Notes under the pieces: model-generated
What the model was told of the DNA's origin: nothing
The model's database searches: none
Seen by the model: only the letters and a program-made list of their open reading frames with translations
Made by a program: the position numbers and the translations under genes
DNA from: Acidimicrobiia bacterium
GTDB lineage: Bacteria; Actinomycetota; Acidimicrobiia; Acidimicrobiales; SZUA-35
NCBI GenBank assembly: GCA_003231975.1
Contig: QIKW01000270.1
Coordinates: 1 to 61,083 of the forward strand
Direction of reading: 5' to 3'
DNA: 61,083 nt
Part shown: in pieces, positions 35,967 through 44,397 of the stretch
How positions within the stretch are numbered: position 1 is the first letter of the stretch
Layout: every line of letters begins with the position of its first letter

Positions 35967-36740
35967 TTAGGTGCGCACCTGGGCCCGGCTGCCGGGCTTA
36001 CTGGCGGGCTTAATGAAGGCGGTTGCCTGGAGCGCAACAACCGCAAGACCAGCTACCAGAAACGGGACTCGGAACCAGTCGAGGTTTGGCAACGGCGCTT
36101 TGTGAAACGACGGTGTGTAATGGATGAACAGGAAGTAGCCGCCATGCAACAGGGCGAGGAGAAGAACAGACTGGGCGAACCGGTGCAACCAGGTCCAAGC
36201 CGGGCGGCCAAGTCGGCGCAGGGCAAAGTCAGACGAGGTTGCCGCCAGGATAAGGGCCAGTATCAGAGCCACACTTCCGATGATATTGCTAAGACCAAAA
36301 CCAGGCTCCAGCCGCACTTCTCTTCCTAGCTGGGGGACAAACTCATAACCGAGGAACCGACGGAGGCTCCAACGGGCCCACCCATTGAGGATCAGAAATC
36401 CGTGCAGCGAAGCGGTAAGCGCGAACCAGATGCCAATTTGCCTGCGCCAGCGCAGCAGAGACCGCGTCGACGGCGCAAGCTTTGCGATGGGACCGATGAC
36501 CAAACTGAGAAGCAGCAGCATATAGGAGGCGTCGCCTACTGCCTTCCAGAAGCGCATGTCGCCAGTCCAGTTGGACCGCGTCAACCAGAAAATCCAAACC
36601 AGACCGGCCGACAAAACAGCAACCGCGGCATGACGGAGCAAGCGCTGTCCGGAGCGAGCCGACGAGTTCGGAATCTGCTTGGTAGACTTGGTTTTACTGC
36701 CGGACGCTGGTTTCTTCTTGGTACTTGTCTGTGTGGCCAC
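35967..36740 (-). CDS. Ferric-reductase-like transmembrane (MsrQ/YedZ-like) heme-b membrane protein
   Basis: Six TM helices with conserved His (SLHGF, LLHGGYF). Lys-rich N-terminus. Confidence 0.55.
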   Translation of the reverse strand: MATQTSTKKKPASGSKTKSTKQIPNSSARSGQRLLRHAAVAVLSAGLVWIFWLTRSNWTGDMRFWKAVGDASYMLLLLSLVIGPIAKLAPSTRSLLRWRRQIGIWFALTASLHGFLILNGWARWSLRRFLGYEFVPQLGREVRLEPGFGLSNIIGSVALILALILAATSSDFALRRLGRPAWTWLHRFAQSVLLLALLHGGYFLFIHYTPSFHKAPLPNLDWFRVPFLVAGLAVVALQATAFIKPASKPGSRAQVRT

Positions 36741-36766
36741 GGCGAAAGGTTAGTTCGTGGTTGGAA

Positions 36767-37204
36767 CTAATTTTGGTCGGGGTTCTCATGACGGCTGGCC
36801 AACCCCGGCACTAGCCTGGGCCACGAAGCCAGTAGCTGATAGATGAGAGCACCAAAGGTTGCCACTCCAAGAGGAATGTGGATGGCGGCTGCACCCTCAG
36901 AGCCACGGGCGGAATAGCCAAGCCCAATCTGTGATGTGAGCAGGAACAACATTAAGACACCGATGACTTTCAGTGAGCTACTGTCTAGTTTCAGGATGGC
37001 TATGGCCGCCACCAGAACGGCGATGCTGAAAGCAGCGTTGCCGATGTTGGCATGGAGGGCAATTCCCCAACTGCCAAAGATGTGTTGACCAGCAATGACT
37101 GCCTGTACTCCCACTAAGAACACAAGGCTGGCAGTACCGGCTCGATGAAGATTTGTCCACATATCCGATTGTGTAGCAGCCTGCCAGCCTGCACCGGTGG
37201 TCAC
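36767..37204 (-). CDS. Small 4-TM membrane protein, unknown function
   Basis: Hydrophobic ORF with TM-embedded His residues. Same strand, between two other membrane-protein genes. Confidence 0.5.
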   Translation of the reverse strand: MTTGAGWQAATQSDMWTNLHRAGTASLVFLVGVQAVIAGQHIFGSWGIALHANIGNAAFSIAVLVAAIAILKLDSSSLKVIGVLMLFLLTSQIGLGYSARGSEGAAAIHIPLGVATFGALIYQLLASWPRLVPGLASRHENPDQN

Positions 37205-37246
37205 ACCAGCGGGATTTGTGTCTTCTGATTGAGGTCCGAGTCGCTG

Positions 37247-38770
37247 TCAGCTGCTTGGACTGCTAATCGGGGCTTTGAATGTACTTCGCACCGTCACAAC
37301 AACGCGAGCGATGATTGCGGCAGAAAGCGCAACCAGAATTGCCCCTACCAAGAGTTGAGCGGTGGTTGAGTCTGCGGATGCCGAGGCCCCATAGAGGGCG
37401 GTTCGTTTTGTGGTTACCGACTCTACGTTCACCCCCACCTTCACCGGCAGCCATGCCTCTAGTCGGTCTTGACCGGTTGTGGCCTCAACGTAGATGAACC
37501 AGCGACCGTCCCGGTCAAGTTGCACATCGCCAACCCAAGCCCCTGTAGCGTCGGCTGCCAACGATCCCTCAAGCAGCCTGCCTGCCCGGCGGGCAACGAT
37601 TCGCACCGGCTCGGTCTCTGGGGCAGCACTTTCAGCGGTAACTGTGACCAACCGACCAGATGTCGAGGCCGACAGCGCGATGTCAGCAACCTCAATTCCC
37701 TGCCCAGGGTCGTGGGCCGCGGCCGGTGGCGGGACAGAGGCCAGGGCCAAAACCACCACGGCGAATGCACTCACAGTCATGGCGCCTCCGGCCAGGGCTC
37801 CGGGTTTGGCTGCGCCTGCGGAAAGCGGGTCAAAGAACAGAATCGTTGCCGCCACTGCCGCCGCGGCGATTGCCACCCCAAGGGCTGCCTCGGCAATCGT
37901 GACAGAAACACCACCTGGCACAACCGACAGGTATGGCACATACACAACGAATAGGGCAACCACCAGTGATAAAGCCCGAGTCAGAACCGACCAGCCGCGT
38001 CGCCGAGCGAAGTCTGCGGCGGCCAGTGCAGGCACAACAGCAGGCACGATCGGTGGCGAAAAATCCGTGACCCGAAGAAGGCCGATGACCACGATCATCA
38101 TCGCTGTGTAGGCCAGGCCGGCCAGGGTGGCGGGCCACCGAACTCGGCGAAACAATACCGACTGCACCATCAACGCAGCGGCCGACAAGCCGGCTGCCAT
38201 AATTGGCAGGTACCACAGAGGCGAGAACTGAGCCACGTCGGTGTCGTACTCGAGAACCAGTACTTGCCAGCCGCCAATCACGCCTGCTCCGGACGCAGCC
38301 AAAAGCAGAATCCCTGGCTTCCCAACCTCGCTACTACTACGGCCCGCCACCAGCAGAACCCCTGAACCGAGCGCAATGGTTCCAACCAGCGCCAGAAGAT
38401 GCGGCGGGCTCCAGAGAACCGCGTCGCGTCCGAACGCGGTGTGCCACCACTCATCCACGGGGGCCGAGCCAAGCGTGACCAAAGCCCCAACCACCCCGAC
38501 ACCAATGGGACCGGAGACCACGGCGCGGCTTCCGTCGAGCCGCTGATGCCAACCCCATCGCACAACCACGCCAACCGCAACGGCAACTCCAAGGTAGAGC
38601 GCCAGGTGGGGTGCGCTCAAAAACTCGTCGCGACCCCTGTCGGTATGCCATGCGTCATCCCAATAGACCCCGAACAGCGCGGTGGCAAAGCCAGCGACGG
38701 CGAGAGGCACGGTGCCTGCCACCGAGAAGGCTGGGCGGTGCTGCATCTTTGCATCAATGGTGTTGCTCAC
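37247..38770 (-). CDS. Polytopic membrane protein with a duplicated WHT..GRD...PHL motif and a C-terminal extracytoplasmic beta-rich domain, unknown function
   Basis: YWDDAWHTDRGRDEFLSAPHLALY and DEWWHTAFGRDAVLWSPPHLLAL. About 10 TM helices, then AAAHDPGQG..., then a final TM helix. Confidence 0.6.
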   Translation of the reverse strand: MSNTIDAKMQHRPAFSVAGTVPLAVAGFATALFGVYWDDAWHTDRGRDEFLSAPHLALYLGVAVAVGVVVRWGWHQRLDGSRAVVSGPIGVGVVGALVTLGSAPVDEWWHTAFGRDAVLWSPPHLLALVGTIALGSGVLLVAGRSSSEVGKPGILLLAASGAGVIGGWQVLVLEYDTDVAQFSPLWYLPIMAAGLSAAALMVQSVLFRRVRWPATLAGLAYTAMMIVVIGLLRVTDFSPPIVPAVVPALAAADFARRRGWSVLTRALSLVVALFVVYVPYLSVVPGGVSVTIAEAALGVAIAAAAVAATILFFDPLSAGAAKPGALAGGAMTVSAFAVVVLALASVPPPAAAHDPGQGIEVADIALSASTSGRLVTVTAESAAPETEPVRIVARRAGRLLEGSLAADATGAWVGDVQLDRDGRWFIYVEATTGQDRLEAWLPVKVGVNVESVTTKRTALYGASASADSTTAQLLVGAILVALSAAIIARVVVTVRSTFKAPISSPSS

Positions 38771-38807
38771 AGATCATAGCCTGGACTCCCAAAGACAGAA
38801 AAGCAAC

Positions 38808-38829
38808 ATTATAGTTGCAATCTTGCAAC
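38808..38829 (-). promoter_or_regulatory. Candidate promoter -10 (TATAAT on the minus strand, 38813..38808) abutting the operator-like palindrome GTTGCAA-TC-TTGCAAC (38814..38829)
   Basis: AT-rich island in a GC-rich genome, 38-60 bp upstream of GTG 38770. A third half-site GTGCAAC lies at 38836..38842. Confidence 0.5.
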
Positions 38830-38891
38830 ACAAACGTGCAACGCTGCTCGCACACCAAGACCACCCGCAGCTCGGCCATCGCTTTCGCCGT

Positions 38892-39611
38892 TCAGACCGA
38901 CTGGACAACGCTTCCGTTTGCTTGACGGGCAAGTTGACCGATGACCACCAGGCCCGTCACGGCAGCAGCGAGCACGCCTATCGAGGTGAGGTGCTGACGT
39001 GTGAGCCCGCCGCCAACGTGAGGCAACCAGACGGATCCAGCGGCCCGCACGGCCGCGACTGAAGCAACACCTGCCAACACAACTACGGCGTCGGACGCCC
39101 CGTTTCTTGACAACCTTCGCAAACCAACCGCGGCCACTGCTGCCCCTGCGGCCATGAACAGACCGATTGGCAACATTCTGGCGCCCAGCCCGGGTGGGAC
39201 CAGCCCAACGGAACTCTCAGGGCCAAAACAGCCATCACGAAACAGACAAGCCGCCTCATAACCGGCGTAGCTGACAACCGAGAGAGCCGTGATGTCGGCA
39301 ACTCTTGTTAGCGAGCCAAAGCCAGCTCTCTTGGCGCCGACCACCAAAAGGGCGCAGGCGGCTCCCACCCCAGGCCAGAATTCAACCCCGCTACGAATTA
39401 TCAGCATGTCCGAGATGCTTCCGATCGAGCTTGGATCGTCAATGGCCAGGGCCACAAGTCTGCCAACGGCCAGGCCTGCAAACGCTGGGCCGAGAGCCAC
39501 ATCGGTGAACCCGACCGAGTCCTTGTGGCTGGAAAGAGGCCACCAGTTCATCACAAAGGCGGGCAATCCAAGACCGACAATCATGCTGAACAGCAGGCCG
39601 TAGTCGATCAC
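38892..39611 (-). CDS. Integral membrane protein, distantly Lgt (prolipoprotein diacylglyceryl transferase)-like
   Basis: Weak resemblance to Lgt core segments (IIRSGVEFWPGVGA, AKRAGF...VADI, LFRDGCFG). 4-nt overlap with the upstream TlpA-like gene. Confidence 0.4.
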   Translation of the reverse strand: MIDYGLLFSMIVGLGLPAFVMNWWPLSSHKDSVGFTDVALGPAFAGLAVGRLVALAIDDPSSIGSISDMLIIRSGVEFWPGVGAACALLVVGAKRAGFGSLTRVADITALSVVSYAGYEAACLFRDGCFGPESSVGLVPPGLGARMLPIGLFMAAGAAVAAVGLRRLSRNGASDAVVVLAGVASVAAVRAAGSVWLPHVGGGLTRQHLTSIGVLAAAVTGLVVIGQLARQANGSVVQSV

Positions 39612-40186
39612 CTCAGGGCGTCTTCAATAAGGCTGGCAAGGCGCTGCTCAGACACCCCGCCGTTGACCCTGGCGCGAATTGTGCCGTCGGCATCGAACAC
39701 GTAGGTGGTTGGATACGCAGTCAGATCCAGCGCGACGCGAATCTCGCCCGTAATGTCGAAGACGTTCGGATAGGTGAGGCCCAACTCGTCGAGGAACTTC
39801 TGGGCCTCCTCAGGGTCGTCGTTCGACGCAACCCCCAGAATCACCGCCCGGCCCTTGTAGGTGTCTGCTGCGTTTTGCAGCAACGGCATTTCGGTCCGAC
39901 AAGGAGCGCACCACGACGCCCAGATATTCACCACAACCGGCTGGCCCCGCAGCCCGACCAATAGACCTTCGAACTCAGACAACCCAGCCACGGGGAAGGA
40001 CCCTTCGGCGGGCATCGCAACCGGCTCTCCGGATGCCGCAAACTCCGGCAGATCGGGTTGACGCAACGCGGTTTGCCCAACCCACACTGCGGCCACCACA
40101 GCCAAAGCGATCATCCCAAGACGGCGGACGGAAAACCGTCCTCGGACCAGTTCGGAGTCGCTCACGTTCGCAGTATCGCAGCCCAT
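39608..40186 (-). CDS. TlpA/ResA/DsbE-family thiol:disulfide oxidoreductase (membrane-anchored thioredoxin fold)
   Basis: VVNIWASWCAPCRTEMP active site and an N-terminal TM anchor. Confidence 0.85.
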   Translation of the reverse strand: MGCDTANVSDSELVRGRFSVRRLGMIALAVVAAVWVGQTALRQPDLPEFAASGEPVAMPAEGSFPVAGLSEFEGLLVGLRGQPVVVNIWASWCAPCRTEMPLLQNAADTYKGRAVILGVASNDDPEEAQKFLDELGLTYPNVFDITGEIRVALDLTAYPTTYVFDADGTIRARVNGGVSEQRLASLIEDALR

Positions 40187-40362
40187 CGGCGGACATCGCG
40201 TTCGGGGCTAGATTCAGCCCCCTCGGCCTCGTGATCCCAGTGAGGCGACAAGCCGCGCCATTTCCAACGAGGCGGTGTCCTAGGATTCTCGAGCTAGCAG
40301 AGATCGCCGGCTGTGAGCGCTTGGGTGCGCTACAAGGCGTAGGCCTAAAAACAAGGAGCCGC

Positions 40363-40926
40363 ATGGCCAACAAACAATCAAAACGAGCAAGACGCGAGGC
40401 TGCACTAAAAGCCAAGCAACGCAAGCAGCGGATGACGTGGGGAGGAATGACCGCAGCAATCGTGCTGGGAATCGGACTCTTTGTGTTCTTGGGTGGCAGC
40501 TCGGCCAACGAGGCAGCCGCTGTTGCGCCCGATTTCGAACTTGAAGACGCCGATGGTGGCACCGTCAAGCTGAGCGACTTCCGAGGCCAACCCGTAGCCG
40601 TAACCTTCATGCACACGTGGTGACCAGCTTGTAACGCCAGTGCCCCCGAGTTACGGGCGGCCTACGAAAAGTACGAAGCACAAGGCTTTGAAGTCTTGTC
40701 AATCAGCGTTCAAGAAGGCAATGCAGAAGTAGACGAGTTCATCGATCGCTACGGCCTTACCTATTCTTTCCTACTCGACCGAACCGGTGAAATCAGTAAC
40801 AACTACGAGGTGCAAAACACCCCAACCACCTACTTCATCGCACCCGATGGCACCATCGCCGACGTGTTGGCTGGCGTTGTCAGCCAACGCTGGCTCGAGG
40901 GGAACATCGACGACTACATCAGCTAA
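40363..40926 (+). CDS. TlpA/ResA-like thioredoxin-fold protein with an in-frame TGA (40621..40623) at the first active-site Cys. Candidate selenoprotein (W-U-P-A-C), alternatively a nonsense pseudogene
   Basis: ATG 40363 lies 4 nt after the AAGGAG SD. ORFs 40033..40623 and 40696..40926 share a frame, with 24 stop-free codons between them. The joined 187-codon product is a full-length TM-anchored TlpA-like protein. Confidence 0.6.
40624..40660 (+). promoter_or_regulatory. Candidate bacterial SECIS-like hairpin immediately 3' of the in-frame UGA
   Basis: 40627-40635 (GCUUGUAAC) pairs with 40650-40658 (GUUACGGGC), including two G-U pairs. C40624/C40625 pair with G40660/G40659 across a bulged A40626. 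The apical region is 14 nt and contains GU. Confidence 0.4.
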
Positions 40927-40953
40927 AACAATTCTCGGGTCCGGTCGCGAACG

Positions 40954-41802
40954 ATGAAATCCCCAGCGACCGGGCTCAAGAGCCAAGCCTTCACCCGCGC
41001 CGTTGCGCTTGTGTCGAGTGCCGCCCTGCTGTTGGCAGCGTGTGGCACCGCCAGCCCGATCGCACCGTCGGTGCGCCCAGTTGTGGAGCGACTGGACAAG
41101 GCGGTTGTGCCCCCGAGATGGAGCTTCCGTTACATACCAAACAGCGCATCGCCGTTCCTGGCGTGCCTGGCAGGAATCGATGAAGTATCAGGGGTGATGG
41201 ACATCGAAAACGGGGTGGTCTTCCTGGAACCGAACAGAGATGCCCCGCCAATAGTCGTCACCGACACCTCCTTCATGATTGCGGCGAACAACTCGGGCAG
41301 CCGACAGTGGACCGAGGTGCCATGGAACGCTGAGAACGACCGACGCTCTTTGGCTCCACTGTTCGGCGACGTTCTCACCGGGTTTATTGCCGACGGAATT
41401 AGAGCACCGGACCTCAACCTCACGGCCCTGGCCGCAGTCAGCATCGCCGAGTCGGTTGAGCCGGCTGATACGCCAATCGGACTGGTTGGGGACTCCTTCA
41501 CCGTCACCATGGACTCAGAGCGGTATCGAGCTGAACTTGAGGCTGAAGGAGCACCGGTTCCCGACCAAACACCCAGCCTGACGGCGACGGTGAACCCAGA
41601 CGGGCTGGTAATAGCGCTGGCAATTGGTACCGCCGCTTCCTCGCCCGCTGACGATGAACCCCACGGCAGCGGCTATTTCGTCACTGCCGCATTTGACGAG
41701 GTCAATCCCGTTCTGGTGCCGGATGCGGCTATCCGCCGAACCACTTCCCTTAGTGCGGTCCTTTACCCAGGGCCAGACGAATCCTGCTCGTTTCGCCCGT
41801 AA
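40954..41802 (+). CDS. Lipoprotein of unknown function
   Basis: Signal peptide with lipobox LLAAC. No recognisable domain. Confidence 0.6.
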   Translation: MKSPATGLKSQAFTRAVALVSSAALLLAACGTASPIAPSVRPVVERLDKAVVPPRWSFRYIPNSASPFLACLAGIDEVSGVMDIENGVVFLEPNRDAPPIVVTDTSFMIAANNSGSRQWTEVPWNAENDRRSLAPLFGDVLTGFIADGIRAPDLNLTALAAVSIAESVEPADTPIGLVGDSFTVTMDSERYRAELEAEGAPVPDQTPSLTATVNPDGLVIALAIGTAASSPADDEPHGSGYFVTAAFDEVNPVLVPDAAIRRTTSLSAVLYPGPDESCSFRP

Positions 41803-41928
41803 CACCAAGCGTCGGGGTGATGCTGGGCTGCTTGGGTCTTCATGGTTCCGGAGCCCCGACACAGAACTATATGTCCCGTCGGTCACACCGAAACGATGTC
41901 ATGGCGGTCGTCGCTTACGCTGGGCACG

Positions 41929-43392
41929 ATGCAAACTCCGAACCCCACACGCCGACGCTTTCTTGGGTTTGTCGGTGCCGCAGGTGCCAGCGCCTGGCTG
42001 GCAGGCTGTTTCCGCGACCCCGACGCTGGGAGAATCACTGTCTCCCCAAACGGTTCATCATTCGCTGAGCCTGAGGTTCTAAGCAGCGAAAGCGGTCGGC
42101 TTGAGCTGACCCTGCGGGCCGAGCCAAACGACATCCCCTGGGGTGACTCCACCCGGTATGGCTACACCTACAACGGCAACACCCCTGGACCAACGTTGCG
42201 AGTCAAGCCCGGCGACCAACTGACAATCCATCTGGAAAATCAGCTTGATGCCGACACGAATCTGCACACCCACGGGCTGCACGTATCGCCATCAGGAAAC
42301 GGCGACAACATCTTCGTCCGGGTCCCTCCCGGCGGATCTCGCACCTACTCCTACCAGATCCCCGCCGATCATCGCAGCGGCTTGTTCTGGTATCACCCTC
42401 ACGCTCATGGCACGGTGGCTCCACAAGTGGCTGCCGGCCTGGCCGGCGCCATCGTGATCACAGACCAGATCGATGAACTGCCCGAAATGGCAGGCTCCAC
42501 CGAACGAACCTGGATCTTGTCGGACCCCCCAATCGGCGAAGGCTCTGGCATCTTGGACGCCAGCGGCATGGATCGGATGCAGGGCCGCGAGGGCAACAAG
42601 GTGCTTGTGAACGGAATTGAGCAGCCAGACATTACCACCCAAGCGGGGGTGCTCGAACGCTGGCGGATCGTGAATGCCAGCTCGTCCAGGTATTACCGAC
42701 TTGGCCTGGATGACCACCCCCTGCACATCGTGGCGACCGACGGGGGCAGGATCGCAAAGCCGGTTTCGGTCTCGGAAATTCTGCTGTCTCCCGGCGAACG
42801 CGCCGAGTTCTTCGTTAGACCCTCAAAGCCGGGAAGCTACGCATTCAGGGCCCTGGAATACGACCGCGGCGGAATGGGTATGGGAATGGGCGGCGGAATG
42901 ATGGGCGGAGGAGGGGGCTCTGAGGAGTTGGCGGTTGCCACAATGACTGTTACCGGAGATGCCGCCCCAGCCGCGCTTCCTGCTGGCCTTGTTGATGCCG
43001 ACACCTTGATCGTGCCTGCTCATTCAGCGTCTCGCGTTCTGGAACTGGGCATGGGTGGCGGCGGCGGGGGCCAGATGATGTCGTTCACAATCGACGACAA
43101 GATCTTCGACGGCGACCGCACCGACATCACTGCTGGCCTCAACACAGTCGAAGAGTGGGAGATCCGCAACACATCCCCCATGGATCATCCGCTGCATCTT
43201 CACGTCTGGTCGTTTCTGGTGGCCGATGAAACACTTGGGAGCGTCTGGAAAGACACAATTAATGTGCCAGCCAACCAATCGGTCAAGGTTGTGGTCCCCT
43301 TCGCCGCCATCCCAGGCAGAACCGTGTACCACTGCCACATCCTGGACCACGAAGACCTCGGCATGATGGGTGTAATCGACGTGCCCGGCTGA
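41929..43392 (+). CDS. Multicopper oxidase (CueO/laccase-like), Tat-exported lipoprotein with Met/Gly-rich segments
   Basis: RRRFLGF Tat motif plus lipobox LAGC. Copper motifs HTHGLH, WYHPHAHG, HPLHLH and HCHILDHEDLGMM. GGMGMGMGGGMMGGGGG insert. The start could instead be 41896 or 41842. Confidence 0.9.
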   Translation: MQTPNPTRRRFLGFVGAAGASAWLAGCFRDPDAGRITVSPNGSSFAEPEVLSSESGRLELTLRAEPNDIPWGDSTRYGYTYNGNTPGPTLRVKPGDQLTIHLENQLDADTNLHTHGLHVSPSGNGDNIFVRVPPGGSRTYSYQIPADHRSGLFWYHPHAHGTVAPQVAAGLAGAIVITDQIDELPEMAGSTERTWILSDPPIGEGSGILDASGMDRMQGREGNKVLVNGIEQPDITTQAGVLERWRIVNASSSRYYRLGLDDHPLHIVATDGGRIAKPVSVSEILLSPGERAEFFVRPSKPGSYAFRALEYDRGGMGMGMGGGMMGGGGGSEELAVATMTVTGDAAPAALPAGLVDADTLIVPAHSASRVLELGMGGGGGGQMMSFTIDDKIFDGDRTDITAGLNTVEEWEIRNTSPMDHPLHLHVWSFLVADETLGSVWKDTINVPANQSVKVVVPFAAIPGRTVYHCHILDHEDLGMMGVIDVPG

Positions 43393-43394
43393 TC

Positions 43395-44327
43395 GTGGTG
43401 GCAGCAAAGCGTATTGGGACAGGAGCCACAGTTCTGGCTCCTGTGGTGTGGGGCTTGCGCCATGCTCGGTCAGCCGCGGTATCCAACTGGGCGCCGCCAA
43501 CACTCCCGGGGCGAATGCACGGCCCCCTCTACGCTCGCTCGGGCGGCTCAGGTGATCGTTCGGTGATGTTGTTGCACGGCCTTGTTTCCAGCGGTGATCT
43601 GTTCGGCGCTCCCTATGACCGATTGGCCGAAGACAACCGGCTGGTGGTGCCCGACCTCCTGGGATTCGGCCGCTCGTTGGATCCCTCGCGCCGCAGCTTT
43701 TCTGCAGAGGCTCACCTCGATGCCTTGGACACGCTGGCCCGCGGGCTAGGACTGTTTGACTCCAAGGTGACGGTAGGCGCCCATTCGATGGGTTCGGCAC
43801 TGGCGCTGATGTGGGCTGGCCGGCACCCACAAGTAGTTGATCGGGTTGTGTGCTGGGGCGCCCCGATCTACTCCTCTCGCGCAGCCGCCAGCTCGCAAAT
43901 CTCTGGCAGCGCCATGACCAGGCTGTTTGTTATGGACACCGGGATCGCCAGGCGCGTCTGCGCTCTGAGTTGCCAGAATCGGGTAGCTGCTGGATGGATA
44001 ACCGCTGCCTTCGAGCCTGGCCTTCCGATACCAGTGGCGCGGGCGGTGTCGCTACACACCTGGCCTGCCTATCGAGACTCGATCAGGGATCTGGTGATCG
44101 AGCCAGACTGGCCCAGCCTTCTTCAGGGCCTGACAAGCAGCGCCGTTCAGACTGAGCTTGTTTGGGGAAGCAACGACTCCGTTGGCGACCAGCGATACGC
44201 CGCGGATCTTTCTGCTGCTGGTATCGCTGCGGCCGCCAACCCAAGGCTCACCCTGGTCGATCGTGCCAACCATCACCTCCCGATGACGCACCCAGCTCTC
44301 TGCATCGGAAGCCTCGCGGGGTCCTGA
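43395..44327 (+). CDS. Alpha/beta-fold hydrolase
   Basis: HGLVSSG oxyanion region and GAHSMGS nucleophile elbow. It starts 2 nt after the oxidase stop. Confidence 0.8.
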   Translation: MVAAKRIGTGATVLAPVVWGLRHARSAAVSNWAPPTLPGRMHGPLYARSGGSGDRSVMLLHGLVSSGDLFGAPYDRLAEDNRLVVPDLLGFGRSLDPSRRSFSAEAHLDALDTLARGLGLFDSKVTVGAHSMGSALALMWAGRHPQVVDRVVCWGAPIYSSRAAASSQISGSAMTRLFVMDTGIARRVCALSCQNRVAAGWITAAFEPGLPIPVARAVSLHTWPAYRDSIRDLVIEPDWPSLLQGLTSSAVQTELVWGSNDSVGDQRYAADLSAAGIAAAANPRLTLVDRANHHLPMTHPALCIGSLAGS

Positions 44328-44397
44328 GAGCCGGGCTCCCAAAGCTCAGGCACCACTGTCCACACCACTGTCCAAACCCTGAATCTCTGCTTGATGG

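Noticed and set aside
40033-40362. Upstream extension of the TGA-containing TlpA-like ORF
   Set aside because: It overlaps the divergent TlpA gene in antisense and has Arg/Pro/Ser-rich composition. ATG 40363 has a perfect AAGGAG SD and gives a normal TM-anchored N-terminus.
40621-40623. Genome-wide TGA reassignment (Trp/Gly code) as the explanation for the in-frame TGA
   Set aside because: TGA clearly terminates several well-supported genes in this window (for example the histidine kinase, the M56 protease and the multicopper oxidase).
43024-43830. 268-aa minus-strand ORF, and the many similar long antisense ORFs (for example 5639..6253 +, 28815..29675 -, 39975..40616 -, 37494..38111 +)
   Set aside because: These are typical high-GC shadow frames opposite strongly supported genes. 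They are Arg/Pro/Gly/Ser-rich and carry no recognisable motifs.
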